A stretch of DNA of 64,000 nucleotides from the human T2T-CHM13v2.0 reference genome, Homo sapiens. Made by a program: the position numbers and the translations under genes. Of this stretch, positions 39,573 to 58,155 are shown piece after piece. Position 1 is the first letter of the stretch. Every line of letters starts with the position of its first letter. The stretch is from assembly GCF_009914755.1 (NCBI RefSeq), contig NC_060931.1. The stretch is one strand, 5' to 3'. The notes below the pieces were generated by a model. The model was not told where the DNA came from, made no database searches, and worked only from the letters and a program-made list of their open reading frames with translations.

Positions 39573-40599
39573 ATGGGGAGAAACCAGAGCAGAAAAGCTG
39601 AAAATTCTAAAAATTGGAGTGCCTCTTCTCCTCCAAAGGATCACAGCTCCTTGCCAGCTATGGAACAAAGCTGGATGGAGAATGACTTTGATGAGTTCAC
39701 AGAAGTAGGCTTCAGAAGGTCGGTAATAACAAACTTCTCTGAGCTAAAGGAGCATGTTCTAACCTATTGTAAGGAAGCTAAAAACGTTGAAAAAAGGTTA
39801 GACAAATAATAGCTAACTAGAATAAACAGTGTAAAGATGACCTTAAATAACCTGATGGATCTGAAAAACGTAGCACAGAACTTCGTGACACATGCACAAG
39901 ATTCAATAGCAAATTCAATCAAGTGGAAGAAAGGATATCAGTGATTGAAGACCAAATTAATGAAATAATGCCAGAAGATATGATTAGAGAAAAAAGAGTA
40001 AAAAGAAATGAACAAAGACTCCAAGAAGTATGAGACTATGTGAAAAGACAAAAATCTACATTTGATTGATATACCTGAAAGTGTTGGGGAGAATGGAATC
40101 AAGTTGGAAAAGACTCTTCGGGATATTATCCACAAGAACTTCCCTAACCTAGCATGGCAGGCCAACATTCAAATTCAGGAAATACAGAGAACACCACAAA
40201 GATGCTCGTTGAGAAGAGCAACCCCAAGACACATAATCATCAGATTCACCAAGGTTGAAATGAAGGAAAAAATTTTGAGGGCAGCCAGAGAGAGATTGGG
40301 TTACCTACAAGGGTAAGCCCATCAGACTAACAGCGGATCTCTCAGCAGAAACCCTACAAGCCAGAAGAGAGTGGGGGCCAATATTCAACATTCTTAAAGA
40401 AAAGAATTTTGAATCTAGAATTTCATATCCAGCCAAACTAAGCATCAAAAGTGAAGGAGAAATAAAACCCTTTACAGACAAGAAAATGTGGGGATATTTT
40501 GTCACCAAGAGGCCTGCCTTACAAGAGCTCCTGAAGGAGGCACTAAACTTGGAAAGGAACAACCAGTACCAGCCACTGCAAAAACATGCCAAATTGTAA
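39573..40599 (+). pseudogene. L1PA6 ORF1p remnant (disrupted)
   Basis: MGRNQSRKAENSK start, NFPNLA..IQIQEIQRTP and ..HAKL* end, with stops and frameshifts. Confidence 0.9.
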
Positions 40600-40662
40600 A
40601 GGCCATTGATGCTATGAAGAAACTGCATCAATTAATGGGCAAAATAACCAGATAACATAATA

Positions 40663-44466
<3,804 letters not shown>

Positions 44467-44924
44467 ACAATAAGAACACTTGAACACAGGGCGGGGAACA
44501 TCACACACTGGGGCCTGTTGTGGGATGGGGGGCTGGGGGAGGGATAGCATTAGGAGAAATACCTAATGTAAATGACGAGTTGATGGGTGCACCAAACCAA
44601 CATGGCCCATGTATAACTATGTAACAAACTTGCACGTTGTGCACATGTACCCTAGAACTTAAAGTATAATAAAAAAAAATTACTAGCTACTTAATACATT
44701 GAGATTCTGATAATGATGTCTTTTTACTATTCTGAAAAAAAGATTACTTTCATTGTTATGTTGAAATATACGTACCAATTATAAACATAATCTCAAAGAC
44801 TCAAATTTTAATTTTTTCTTACAGTATGCTAGAGAACATTAGTAAGAATTATTTGGTTATGCTCAATTAACAAAGAGAACCATAGCATTTGAATATTATT
44901 GACGAGAAAAAAAATCTAAGAATC

Positions 44925-45157
44925 ATATTTGAATACTAAGTCCTTGGCAGTATTTTCAGTGCCTTACAAGGAACATTTCAGGGCATCCTCAAACAACCGC
45001 ATGAGGTGGGCATTGTTGTTATCATCTCCATTTTTCCTATAAGGCGTAGAGAGGTGAACTAATTTGCCCAAGCTCACACAATAGAATGCAGAGCTAGGAA
45101 TTCATCCTGATAGTCTGACTACAGAATGTCTGGTCCTAAATGCTGAAATACACTGTC
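44925..45157 (-). mobile_element. MIR SINE relic
   Basis: ATCCTCAAACAACCGCATGAGGTGGGCATTG...AGAGAGGTGAACTAATTTGCCCAAGCTCACACA...GTCTGACT. Confidence 0.8.
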
Positions 45158-46369
45158 AAACAAAAGGAAAGAACTGCTGATCAGTAACGCAGGGAAAGAA
45201 TTTGATTAAAAAGCAAAGGTAAAAGCAAAATTTTACCTGTGATAAAATAATTACTCCCTTATTGTCTTCTACAACCTTACCTTCTAATTTCTCAGATTGC
45301 ATCAGAGTTATTATAATTACTAGTAACAACCACTCCCCCACCAAAAAAAAAAAAAATGCAGTACCACATGTCTGTGGTCTATTTAGGAATGTAAAGAAAG
45401 GACAAGCCTAGCAGCAAAGCAGAAAGAAAATAATTTTTACATATTTTTACATATTATTAAAAATCAGCCTTGTATTTCCCTCTTATAAGTAGCATCCCAA
45501 AGACCTACAGTGTCTACTGTGTTAAGTGTGGGTTCAAGAGATTAAGGGCACTGATGGGCCTCTGGTTCACTGTTATTTCCTTCTCATTGCAACCTCACAT
45601 CGCTATACATCTGTTTTGTTGATTCAGAAGAGCACTTGAAATGCTTTACAGTTGATTTTGACAAGTGCTACAATTTGATAGGGAAAGATAATTCTTGCTG
45701 AGATGATATTCAAAGTACAGAAATTATACTTTTGAGTAGATATTACCTTTCTTTATGATCAGGATTTTCATTTAATATACAGCACACTTAAGCTTGGTAA
45801 TCACATTTTCCTTTTTCTGAAAAAAGTGATGGGTGTCTTTGATCTCATATATTAGGGCATTACACATTAAAATCTTATTCCAAATTCTGATTGTTTTCTT
45901 TGTTGCAGATGAAGCATGTCTGCCAAATTTAAGGATATCAGATTTATAAAATGCTATATGAATATGAAGTGGGATTATTACTTAAATGAGAGACTCCTGA
46001 TCACACGATTGGGCTGATTGATGAGTTCCTGGGATGTATATTTTCTGCATGCCTCTAAATCCACTAAACTGAAAATTAATCAGTAGTGTCTTAAAGACTA
46101 CAGACTTATTACTGACAGAATAATCACTTTTAAGAAATAAAATACATGAGTGTGATTTTAATTTATATTTTAAAATATTCCTTTATCATATAGACTTTCC
46201 CATTAGTTTAATTATAAGAGAATATTTTAATATTTGATATTCGAGAAAATTCTTAATGAAAAATTATCATTGCTTTGCTTTGTTTCACTAATGCTATGTC
46301 AGAGGTTGACACAATTTTAAAGAAAATCAAGGTTTAAAGCTTATCTAATGCCAACTCAAGATTATAACT

Positions 46370-46682
<313 letters not shown>

Positions 46683-47259
46683 AAGACTCTAACTTGGTTT
46701 AAAGCAGGCTGAATGGTTCAGTGCTTTGAGATCTCAGCCCTGTTTGCAAGGTTCATCTCAACATAACATCCTAAGTAGTTAAAGCCTTTATTATTGATAT
46801 GATGGAAACTAAAACTTGATCCATGCCTCCATGTTAGAAAATAATTTCTAAGTATTCCATCCACTTTTGTAGAAGTTTCTACATTATTTACAAAGATAAA
46901 TGGAAATACCTTGTTAATGTGGGATAGGCTTCACAGTAACATTGAAGATGCTATATACCGCTGCCAAACAGTACTGGTGTCAGTACTTCAATACAGTTAA
47001 ACAGCATCTCAGAATTCTTATTCTGCTACTTGGGTTCATGTTGTCAATGTGGTTTTTCCTAATCACTATCCAAATTCTAGGTCCAACAAATAATTCCACC
47101 CGGAATTTCTAAAGTGGGTGTCCTCAGCCACTTTAATCAAATATATTAAATGTATTTAATATACATTATTAAATCTTGTTTCTTAAAATACAGTTAAGAA
47201 GAAAGACTTGAGTTTGTACTTTTTTTCTACTATTTCTCAACTAAGGAATATTGAGAAAT

Positions 47260-47425
47260 TCTTTACCTGTCTAAGCCACAGACTCCAAATTGTCACACTG
47301 AATGTCCAGGGCATATTATTTTCCTAACAAAAATTCTGAGAAGATAAAATAAAATAATGAATGAAAAGCTATAGCCCAGTGCTTGGTGAATAGAAAAATT
47401 CTCAAAAACTGATGACTGTGATTAA
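47260..47425 (+). mobile_element. MIR 3' part relic
   Basis: GAGAAGATAAAATAAAATAATGAATGAAAAGC...CAGTGCTTGGTGAATAG. Confidence 0.55.
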
Positions 47426-48559
47426 TGCTTTTTTCATCACTGATGCCACTTTCCTAGTTAATACTCCATGCCAGGTTTACTACAACAAATATATATCCTA
47501 ATGCTTTATTCTTCCATTTCCACCCATTTCAGTTCTGTTATGCAATTACTCTATTTCTTATAAAATATTGCTTTCATTTTGTAACTTCTCTGTTAAAAAT
47601 AGGCTGTAGTTCATAAGAAAATCCCTAGACTTCTAAGATTTCTATTAGCTGGCTTCAAACCTTTCATAGCCTATGCTTCTATTATTCCCATGTAGATACC
47701 TGTTCTCTATTCTCACTGGATTACCTTTAGGTTGCTAATTTCACCTCACATTTTCACACTTGTGTACCCCTTCACCTGTATAGGGAGGTAAATACAATAA
47801 TCAATTAACTGCAGGACTTTTTGAAACTTTTTTACATGATAGAATTTTAGCGTGTTCTCTGACTGATTTTGAGCATACCTATGATTAAGCCTCAACTATC
47901 TAGATAAAAAGAAACAAGAACTATCAAAACTAATTTAATTTGTCATTAACTGTGACTGGACTCAAACCTATTGGTTTCTACCCATGTTATGGGTATGTAT
48001 GGGTATTTGTATATTTATTTCAAAATATGTATGTATTTTTTTTTCATTTTGGTTAAGAGCAGCAATTTAACTTCATATGACTTTCCCCTCAATGATTAAC
48101 AAGAGTTCACCTTCTCAAAATCATTGTTATAGAAAAGGCTGTAGAAAAGTGGCTGAATATATACTGATCACAGACTGAACCTTCTAAATTTAACAATGGA
48201 GTCAGTCCTTATTTTCAGCTTATTTAACTGTGATCCTCCCATTTGATTGAAAAAGGGAGAGATGAAGAGGGAGAGAGGTGAATCTTTCCATGTCCCTCTT
48301 CAATACAGAAGTGAGTATAACAGAATAGCTCATCCAAGTCAGAGAGGCGACAAGAAAATTATGTTAGATAGAATTAGATCATTCCTCACTAAGAAGCTTT
48401 TCTTTTTCTCCTTCTATATTTTGAAAAAAAGTTTTACTGAGGTGTAATTAACACACTATAAAATTCAGCTTAAGTGTACAGTTCAGGAAATGTTAGTAAT
48501 TTCATACAGTCACACAACCATAACCACAATTTTTTTTAAAACACTTCCATTGTCCAAAG

Positions 48560-48861
48560 CAGGGGGCGCCAATCGGACCGTGGCCTGTTAGGAACTGGGC
48601 TGCATAATTACCACCTGAGCTCCGCCTCCTGTCAAATCAGCGAGGGCATTATTAGATTCTTATAGGAGCGTGAACCCTGTTGTGAACTGCACATGCGAGG
48701 GATCCAGGTTGCACGCTCCTTTTGAGAATCAGTTCAATGCCTGATGATCTGAGATGAAACAGTTTCTTCCCGAACCGTCCCCCTACCACTGCTGCCCCTA
48801 TCCATGGAAAAATTGTCTTCCATAAATCCAGTCCCTGATGCCAAGAAGTTGGAAACCACTG
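48560..48861 (+). mobile_element. MER1B hAT-Charlie MITE
   Basis: CCGTGGCCTGTTAGGAAC...TCCATGGAAAAATTGTCTTCC...CCACTG. Perfect 8-bp TSD GTCCAAAG (48552-48559 / 48862-48869). Confidence 0.93.
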
Positions 48862-49957
48862 GTCCAAAGCACTTCCCCACATAACCAATTACAGTCAGCT
48901 CCCCATCCCACCCCATTCCCAGGAAACCACCAATCTGTATTCTACATCTGTAACTTTGCCTTTTCTAGAAATTTCATGTAAATATAATAATATAAATATG
49001 TATTATTTATGTCTGACTTTTTTTCACTCAGCATTAAATTATTAAAGATCATCTATGTTTCTTCATTTATCAGTAATTGATTCCTTTTAATTGCTGAGTA
49101 GTGTGTCATTATATGGAAATGTCACAAATTGTTTAGCCATTCACCAGTTGATGTTCATTTAGATTTTTCTAGTTTATGTTGAATAAGAATGAAGGTGCTA
49201 AGACACATACATACATGTCTTTATGTGGACATATATTTTCACTCCTTTTGGGTAACTACCTAAGAGTGAAATTTTTGGGTCCTATGGTATGTGTATGTTT
49301 AACGTCATAATAAGTGACCGTGCTCTTTTCCAAAGTTGTGTACCATTTTGATTTCCCACCAACAATGTATGAATGTCTCAGTTTCTCTGTATCTTCAAAA
49401 ATAATAGTATCTTTTTTTATGACAGCAATTCCATTGGGAATGTTGTATTATCTCATTGTGGTTTAATTTGTAGTTCCCTATCAGATAATATATTAAGAAT
49501 CTCACAATTGTTTCTTATTCACATATAATCTTTGGTGTCTATTCATAGCCTTTACCAACTATGAAAATTGAGTGGTCTTTTTATTTAAGTTGCAAAATTT
49601 TTCATATATTCTGCATAGAAGTGCTTAACAGATACATGATTTAGAAATATTTCCTTTCGGTCTGTGGCTTGTCCTTTCACTTTATTAATGACCATCTTGG
49701 AGATAAATGTTTTACATTTTGATGAACTCGAAGGTATATACTTATTTCCTCTTATGAACCATGGGGATAGAGTGTTCTATCAAGTTGATAGTGTTGTTCA
49801 AATCTATATTCTTCTTTTCTGTTTAGTGATTAAACAGAAAATAGTATAGTCTTAGTTATTACTGAGAAGTGAACATTAAAATCTTCATGTATAATTGTTT
49901 AATTATTTGGTTTTTACATTATGTAAGTTTTTTATGTATTTTAGGGCACTGTTATAA

Positions 49958-50299
<342 letters not shown>

Positions 50300-51899
50300 G
50301 TATTGACACTTTTATCATTACAAAACATCCGTCTTTCTCTCCAATATTAATTCTGTATTAAAATTTACTTTATCTGATATTAGTATGGCCACTTCAGCTC
50401 TCTTACAATCATTGTTTGCAGAGTATACCTTTTACTTTCAACTTAATTGTGTGTGAAACTATACCATTTTGTAGGGAGCAAAATAGCTGGATCTTGCTTT
50501 TTAGTTCAATATTGCAATTTCTGACATTTGATTCTTTATTTAGCTTTTGTTTTGAAGTTTTCACTAAGTATATCATTCCAGATTGACCTTTTTTATTCTT
50601 TCAGTACTTTCAAAAATGTCACTTCATTGTTCTTTCAGTTAGCAATTTCTGACGTGAAGTCTGATGTAATTCTGTTCTCTTTCTCTGTGTTGTGTCACTT
50701 TTACTTTGGCAGGCTTTATAATTTTCTGTACTTTGCTTTGACAGTTTGAATATTATGTGCCTAAACAGGTGTCTTTACTGTATGGTGTGTGTGTGTGATC
50801 ACATTTATCCTGCTATACATGCTCAAGTTTTTGCAAGCAATTTGATGTCTTTCATTATTTCGGGGAGATTCTTAGTCACTGTCATTTCAAGGAATTGTTC
50901 TTCTCTGACATTCTCTTTCCCTCTTCTCTCTCCCCACCCACCTCTCTGGCTTAAACATTCTGCTGTGTTCAAGAAATTTCTAGATGAGAAGTAGAGTTGT
51001 GTGCCGAAGGGCACATGATCCTTTCTCATTGGCTTCAATACCAAGGGAAACTTTCTCTAGTCTCCTTCCCCAATGCCAGTTTTTCCCATGAGCACCTGGC
51101 AGAGGTCATGAAAAAGAGTCTGTGAGTGTGTACAAAATCTCATTTTGTCTGGGTCTTCCCGGGTTTCTACACTGTCACTCTATCCCACACTCAGCCTTTA
51201 GAAATGTGTTAACAGTTTAGCTGATTTCTTCTTAGCCACTGTACGGCAGCCAGCACAGTTCTTTCTATACTCTGACAAAGGTGAAACCATCTGTACATCC
51301 CCTCACTTCTTACAGGGGTCTATACTTCCTTGAATTTCTGTCTATTAAGTTTCCCTGTCATTCAGATCTCTGACAGGTTTAAAAAAATTATGCTTTGTGG
51401 TTTATCTAGCTTTTTTCATTGTTGGGGGTAGATGTGGACTTCTTTCCAACTTTACCATATCCTAGGAAGAAGCAGAACCCCAAACATGTGCTTTCAGTGG
51501 AGGATGCCCATCAGAAGACCCTGCTCTCTGGTGCAAGACCAATCAGAAAAGATGGAGGTTAGGCACCCTAAATAAAAACAGTGTAAGATGTGAGACCAGG
51601 ATCTGTTGCCAGCTATGTTTCTTGCTGAATGAAAAAAATATAAATATATGAAATAAAGCTGATATGAAGACAGAAATAACAATACTGGGAGTGTGGGCTA
51701 TAGTTCAGGACTGGGATTAATTTGCCTCTGGTGCTAACTGGTCAAATTATCATCTTTCTTAAAATCCTTAAATAGTTCCTCATCTTAGAAGAGTAAGTTT
51801 ATCTCTTTTCATGGCATACAAGAGCATTGTTATTTGACCTTGACCTACTTCTCTATGCTCATTTTCTTTTTGTGCAACTCAATGTGCATTTTTTCAAAC

Positions 51900-52742
51900 G
51901 GCTATATTGGATTATTCTGGTAGCCTCCTAACCGTATTATTCACTTTCACCTTTCCTTTTCTACTGTATATTCTCATTAGAGAAGCCATGAAGATACTTT
52001 TCAATCCTAAATTAAATCATATCACTCCAAGGGTACAATAGCTTCCCATTTTACTAAGAGTAAAAGCCAAAGTTTGAACAATAACCTGTAAGGCCCTACA
52101 TGATGTAGTTCCTGCTGGCCCTCTTGGCTCATTTTTTTCCATTCTTATCCTTGTTAATTCCACTTCTATGACACTGTTTTTGTTATCTTTTTAATGTATC
52201 AAAACTCGTTTTTGCCTCGGAAACTTTGCAGTTACTGTTCTTCCTGAAACACCTCCCACCATCACCACCACACACCATACACACCATAGCTGTTTGACAC
52301 GTTTCCTCCCTTTCTTCAGCTATCTCCTCAAACACCCCTTTATCAGTTATACTTACTCCAGATGCAATCCTTCAAAATACCACCATTTTTTGTTCTTCCA
52401 GCCACAGTACTCTCTCTCTCCCTTTCATGTTTCTTTTCTCCATAGCACTTCTAATCTGACATACTATTTATTTTTATTTATTTATTTACTTTTTACTAAA
52501 GATAGATTTTCACCATGTTGGCCAGGCTTGTCTCAAGCTGTTGACCTCAAGTGATCCACCCTCCTCAGCCTCCCAAAATGCTAATCAGACATACTATTTC
52601 ATTCGTTTGTTTATTATGTTCCTCCCCAACTATATAATAAGTTTGATGAAGATAGGGATTTTTTTGGTGATATCATTCATGTTTTATCTCCAAAAACTAA
52701 AAAGTTCCTAGTTCATAATACACATGCAATAAATATTTACAA
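51900..52742 (+). mobile_element. L2a relic
   Basis: TAGCCTCCTAAC...GAGTAAAAGCCAAAGT...AAGGCCCTACATGAT...CAATAAATATTT. Confidence 0.75.
52470..52580 (-). mobile_element. Alu left-monomer-only insertion
   Basis: TTTCACCATGTTGGCCAGGCT...GACCTCAAGTGATCCACCC..CTCAGCCTCCCAAA with (TTTA)n tail. 19-bp TSD with one mismatch. Confidence 0.88.
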
Positions 52743-53544
52743 CTCTATTCTTTGCAACTTAACACATATAATTCCGTCTAACTAAAATGCTTTCTTATTG
52801 TTCCTTGGACAACTTGGAATTTATATTTCATAACCCAGATTAACCATGTTCTCTTCCTTGCAGTATAAATTTCCCTCTTTACAATAGTTTATTATTCTAA
52901 ATAACAAATTCTAAATAAATTTTTTGCAGCTACAGTATCATGCACATACTTCATTATAACTATTCACCATCATGATTAGTTACACAAATATCTTCGCAGA
53001 AATTGTGTCTTCTTTGTATTTTCCAACAACTCAGCACTGGGACTTGGTAATTGTTTATTGAATTTAGTGAGTGAACTGAATTCATTTTTTTTTCCCAAAT
53101 GAGCTTTCACCAGAACCAAGATACCTTTCATTCAAACTAATAAGAACCTTGAAGTCCTTCTCAATTCCCACACCAAATTCTGTTTGGTAGCTGTCTCGTT
53201 GATGACTATCTCAATGTCAATGCTTCATAGATATGTCAGTTTTGGTGCACACTTTTCTAAGTTGTATGCAAAAAATGATAACTGAATTATAGTCAAATCA
53301 CACTTAATAGTGAAGGCTTTCTTCAGAAAGAGGTACTATAAATTATTAGGGCTTGTCAACACCTGACTATTGCTATATTTTCTGATTAACTCACATTTAT
53401 GTCACCCATGTTTAAGCTCTGCTTCAGATAATTTAAAAATGCTTATTATGCCTTCCCTGCTCCTAGCTGTCTTTAGGTAAATGCCTATGCAGCAGCCATT
53501 AAACAGTTTAAAATGAAAACAACCTATATCGAAAATTAATATTT

Positions 53545-53867
53545 TACTCATGTGACTTAGTTCAGGCCAATATGATATGAGTGGAAATGTCATATACATC
53601 TCATTAAAGACAAAGACCTTTGCATTATACTTTCTCTTCTCCCTTCCTACTCACTAGAAATAAAAATCTGGAGGAAATAAGGAAGCATTATGATAAAGAT
53701 GCCAGAGTGACTTACCAGCTTGGATCAATGGATGGCTTTTTGCAAGAGAGCTGCCTATCTACCTCAGGCTATTATACAGGAGAGAAAAATAAACTTCAAT
53801 CTTGTTTGAACCAATACATTAGTGTTTTGTTGTTGTTACAGCAATTTGGTCTATACACTAACATACA
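53545..53867 (+). mobile_element. Old MLT1 (I/J/K-like) LTR fragment
   Basis: CATGTGACTTAGTTCAGGCCAAT...GAGAAAAATAAACTTC...TTGTTACAGCA...TAACATACA. Confidence 0.65.
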
Positions 53868-53869
53868 TG

Positions 53870-54435
53870 AAAATATAATCAAAGTCTTTGCTGGCTTCAT
53901 ACTGTTCTTAAAATAAAGGCTAAAATTTTTCACAAGGCCTCCAAGGTCCCGTGTGAAATGGTTTCTGCCTGACTTTCAAGCCTTATCTTGAGCTACTTTT
54001 CTTGTTGTTCGCCCTGTTCTAGTAGTTAAAAGCCTTTTATCAGTATCTGGCACATCACAATCTTTTCACCTGCTTTTCTTTTCTTGGAAGGTTCTTTCTT
54101 CCACCCAAGAATTTTTTCCCTGTGTATTCCTACTTATCATTTATATCTTACTTAGCTTAAACTTAATGTCCATATGGAAATGTCCCATCATGCCCACCCT
54201 AATATAGGTCAGATTCCTTTGTTATATACTTTAATAGCAACTAGCTCCTGTTCTTTCAAGCTCTTATCTCTGTAATTTTGCAATTGTGTGATTATTCAAA
54301 TAATGATCTTCCATTAGGTTGTAAGCTATATGACAGCCAAGAACATTCTTGCTTTAGCTCATCACTGTAACACCAGACATAGTGCAATGCCTGGATTCTA
54401 ACAGGTATGTGGTAAATAAGTTGAAGGAATGAGCA
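53870..54435 (+). mobile_element. L2 3' relic
   Basis: AAGGCCTCCAAGGTCCC...TGTAAGCTATATGA...AGTGCAATGCCTGG...AAATAAGTTGAAGGAATGA. Confidence 0.7.
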
Positions 54436-56163
54436 AGATCATATTAATTATTCCTTTCTGCACATAATCTTTTCTGCTGCTAATTCATTACACATGGTTT
54501 CCATCCTCCCTTGCACTGCTGCCCATCCCCTGGTCACTGCCCAGTACTATTTCCTTATTAAAAATAGACAGTATTAATAACAGGTATCAAATTGGATTTT
54601 GATACACTATCAGTGGTAAAAACCCAGGAGGCTAGAAATTACCTTTTCAAAATGAATATGCAAAATAAAAGTTTCAAAACAAACATAGGAAAGCCACTGG
54701 GGGAAAAATCTACCCAGTTGCCATGTATTCATTGCGAAACAGTATAAGATAAACTTGTAAGAAATTAACCTCTCTCATGTGTGGGTAAAGATATTGTTAG
54801 TCCTGGTGTTATAATTTTGCTCAGCATAAACAGTATGCCAAGTATTAGTTTACTCAATTAAGATTTTTCAAATTCATTTTCTTTTGGAAAATATTTTTAA
54901 AAGGTAAGAACCACCAGCCTCAGCATGCACTGACTTTGCTGTCTTTTAGAAATCTAGTAATTATGCTATATAATGTATCTAATCTCTTTTAGAACTTTGT
55001 TAGATATTATTCTTATATAAGTAGGGAAAAGCAATTGAAGTAACACCTACATAACTAAGAATGCCTAACTATTAAAAAATCACAATTTCTTTCACAATAC
55101 ATTTATTTTCTCAAGCATCAATACTCTTCAGTGTTTCTCTTTTGAAAATATTTTTAAAACATTAGTTTGGGTATATTATATTTTGTTAACTGACAAATCA
55201 ACCAGCTCTATAGGGCATAGAAAATAGCAGAGGCATGCAATTTGTAAGTACAGTTTCCTTTCAATAATCCCTCTGTAGTTAGAAATATATGTACCAACAT
55301 TTCTTTACTTAAATATAAAGTGTTTTATTTGTTTCTAGTCCACTGAGAATTGAAATAAAATTGGTTTACCACAGGTAATTGACATTTGAAGAATAAATCA
55401 GGAGAAATTTTCTAAGATCTCATTTGTATCTCAGAATGTATACCTTCTGGGACTTCAATAGAGTGGTAAATGTTTGAGTTTGGCCTCAGAGAAATTTGCC
55501 TGTGGCTTGTGTAAAAAGAAGGAAATATAAGCAGTCCTTTATAAAATTGTAAGATACATGTACCTTCTTACATACATTTGTTTGTATTTGTGTGTCTAAT
55601 AATTGGATTTATTGCGAAAGTCACTGGAATTTAAAAATAATACCTCTTCTTTTCAGTAATAGTAGACATAAGCTGGTACCTGACAACATTGTTCTGCAAA
55701 GATTTATTTTAAACTTCTTACCTTCCAGGAGTAGGAGTATATATTATGTGTCTGAAAAAAAAAATTGGCCACCTAATATTTATGTAAAGTGAATAACCCC
55801 ATCATTAATGAATAAATTACTATTCCTTTTCTTTTTAAGAATATCATAAATTAAATTAATTAAATATTTATCTTGATTACAAATTTTATTAAGTGAAAAT
55901 TTTCTTTGGTAGAAAATGCAAGGTTTCTACAATCACCACATATACACAATATCTAAGAATTAAAATATACTAAGATACTGTATTATATAAAATAATCCCA
56001 ACAAATTTGAAAACATAGATGAAGTAGATACATTATTAGAAAAATAAAATATTGACAAGAAAACTAGAAAACCTGAATAACATTATGATTTAATAATTAG
56101 ATATCAAGTTAGTAGTTAAAAGTTCCGTTTCCTGTATCCTCCCCTAAGGTGTATATCTTATAT

Positions 56164-56164
<1 letters not shown>

Positions 56165-56202
<38 letters not shown>
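56165..56202. repeat. (CA)19 microsatellite
   Basis: Pure CA run. Confidence 0.95.
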
Positions 56203-56205
<3 letters not shown>

Positions 56206-56452
56206 CTAAACATACATACAAATAATAGATATTTCCTTATTTTCACATACCTAATAGAAAAAAGAAGAAACACTCTCCTCCCGTTTTATGATGCTTCCAT
56301 TCCTTGGATAGTCAAATCAGACAAGGATAATACAAGTTAAAAAAGCTACAAGCCTATAACATTCATGAACATAGGTGCAAGATTCCTAGACAAAACACTA
56401 CCAAATTGAATTGAGCAATGTACAAGCAAGATAATTGGCCAATTTAGGTTCA

Positions 56453-56746
<294 letters not shown>

Positions 56747-57591
56747 GGAATCTGGTTTCATATTAAAATTTCTTAAATGTTATTCTCCAGAGTTACAGTA
56801 AAAAATAAAACCACACGATATTTCAAATTTCAACAACAAATCCTGCTATATGTAAAACTTGATATTTGGCGCAACATAAGACAAACATTGCAGATCATTG
56901 GTGAAAGAATGAACTAGTTATAAAGTTGCCCATAAACTGGTGTATGTGTGTGTGTGTGTAAAATATTTCTGTCTCACACAGACATCAAAATACAAAACTA
57001 AATTCCAAGGGGATTGAAACCTTCTATAAATCCATGTGAGAATATCTTTATGTCTCTGGGGTAGGGAATGGTTTATTAAACATGATGTGAATATCACAAA
57101 CCACACAGTAAGACTACAAATTCCTCTGGAGTTTAAAATAAATGTTTTAAAGAAAGGGAGAAGACAAGTATAAACCAGTTAAACATATTTGTGATACATA
57201 GTGATATAGAATTTGTATTCACATGATATGAAGAACTCCTAAAATCAGTAGAAACAGACCAATAATTATATAGATAAATAGGTAACAAAATGAATAGGTA
57301 TTTCATATTGAGAAAATAGTAGTAGTATATCAACCTATGCAAAACCGCTCAATTTTATTACTGATATAGCAGTGCAAATTCAAACTATAATAAGATATCC
57401 CTGTATATCCATTCAATTGCCAAAACTGAGAAATCTGACAATCTCAGAGTTTCCGAAGATGTGAAGCAAAATAAATTTCATTTATTGCTGGTGAGAATGC
57501 AAATTGGTACATCCACTTTGGAAAAGTTTGGCAGTACCTATAAAGACAAATGTGCACATTTGTTCTGCCCTAGCAATTCTACTCTTATATT

Positions 57592-58155
57592 TGAAAGGGA
57601 AGTTTTAACAGCTGGACTGTAATTTCTTCTTCAATGTCAGATATGAGGTTTTGACTCTTATTGAAATCCCTTGCAACACTAGTGCAAGGAATGTATAAGA
57701 GTATACAAGGTCCAAGATAAACGAGAATCCCTCTGAGGGTGCTATGTACTGAGCCACATATGTGGTCATCAAGATTCTTCATTGAATGGCTGGCATGCAG
57801 CTGCACAAAAAGATGGAAGCCATCACAGATTCCTTAGGAGATTACATTGCTATCAAGGTATAAATATTGATAGGTCTCTAAACTGAATGGCTGTTGCTAA
57901 CTAAGGTGGTCCACACACATTCAGCTGCATCTTCTGTGACTATGCTCTAGTACAAAGTGATTAGAGCACAGGAAGCAGCTTCTGAAAATTACGAGACCTC
58001 TGCTTTGCTGTTGCTATGCACGCATTGTTGGCTGCCCTTATCTTTTCTAAAAGCTACATTCAAACTTGCTGCTGGGTGAAGCTGATTGGTTTCATTTGTA
58101 TGCTTGTCAATCCAAATCTAAGATTGGTGTTGCTGCAAAGAGAATGAGCATTACA
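57592..58155. mobile_element. Unclassified 564-bp solo-LTR-like insertion
   Basis: Interrupts the L1ME, has TG...CA termini, 5-bp flanks ATATT / ATACT and an internal TATAAATA. Confidence 0.55.

Noticed and set aside
44520-44545. G-quadruplex-like G tract
   Set aside because: Standard L1PA 3'UTR feature.
45885-45990. Strong acceptor TTGTTTTCTTTGTTGCAG|ATG
   Set aside because: No good donor follows and there is no supporting ORF. The downstream sequence resembles an old SINE/LINE tail.
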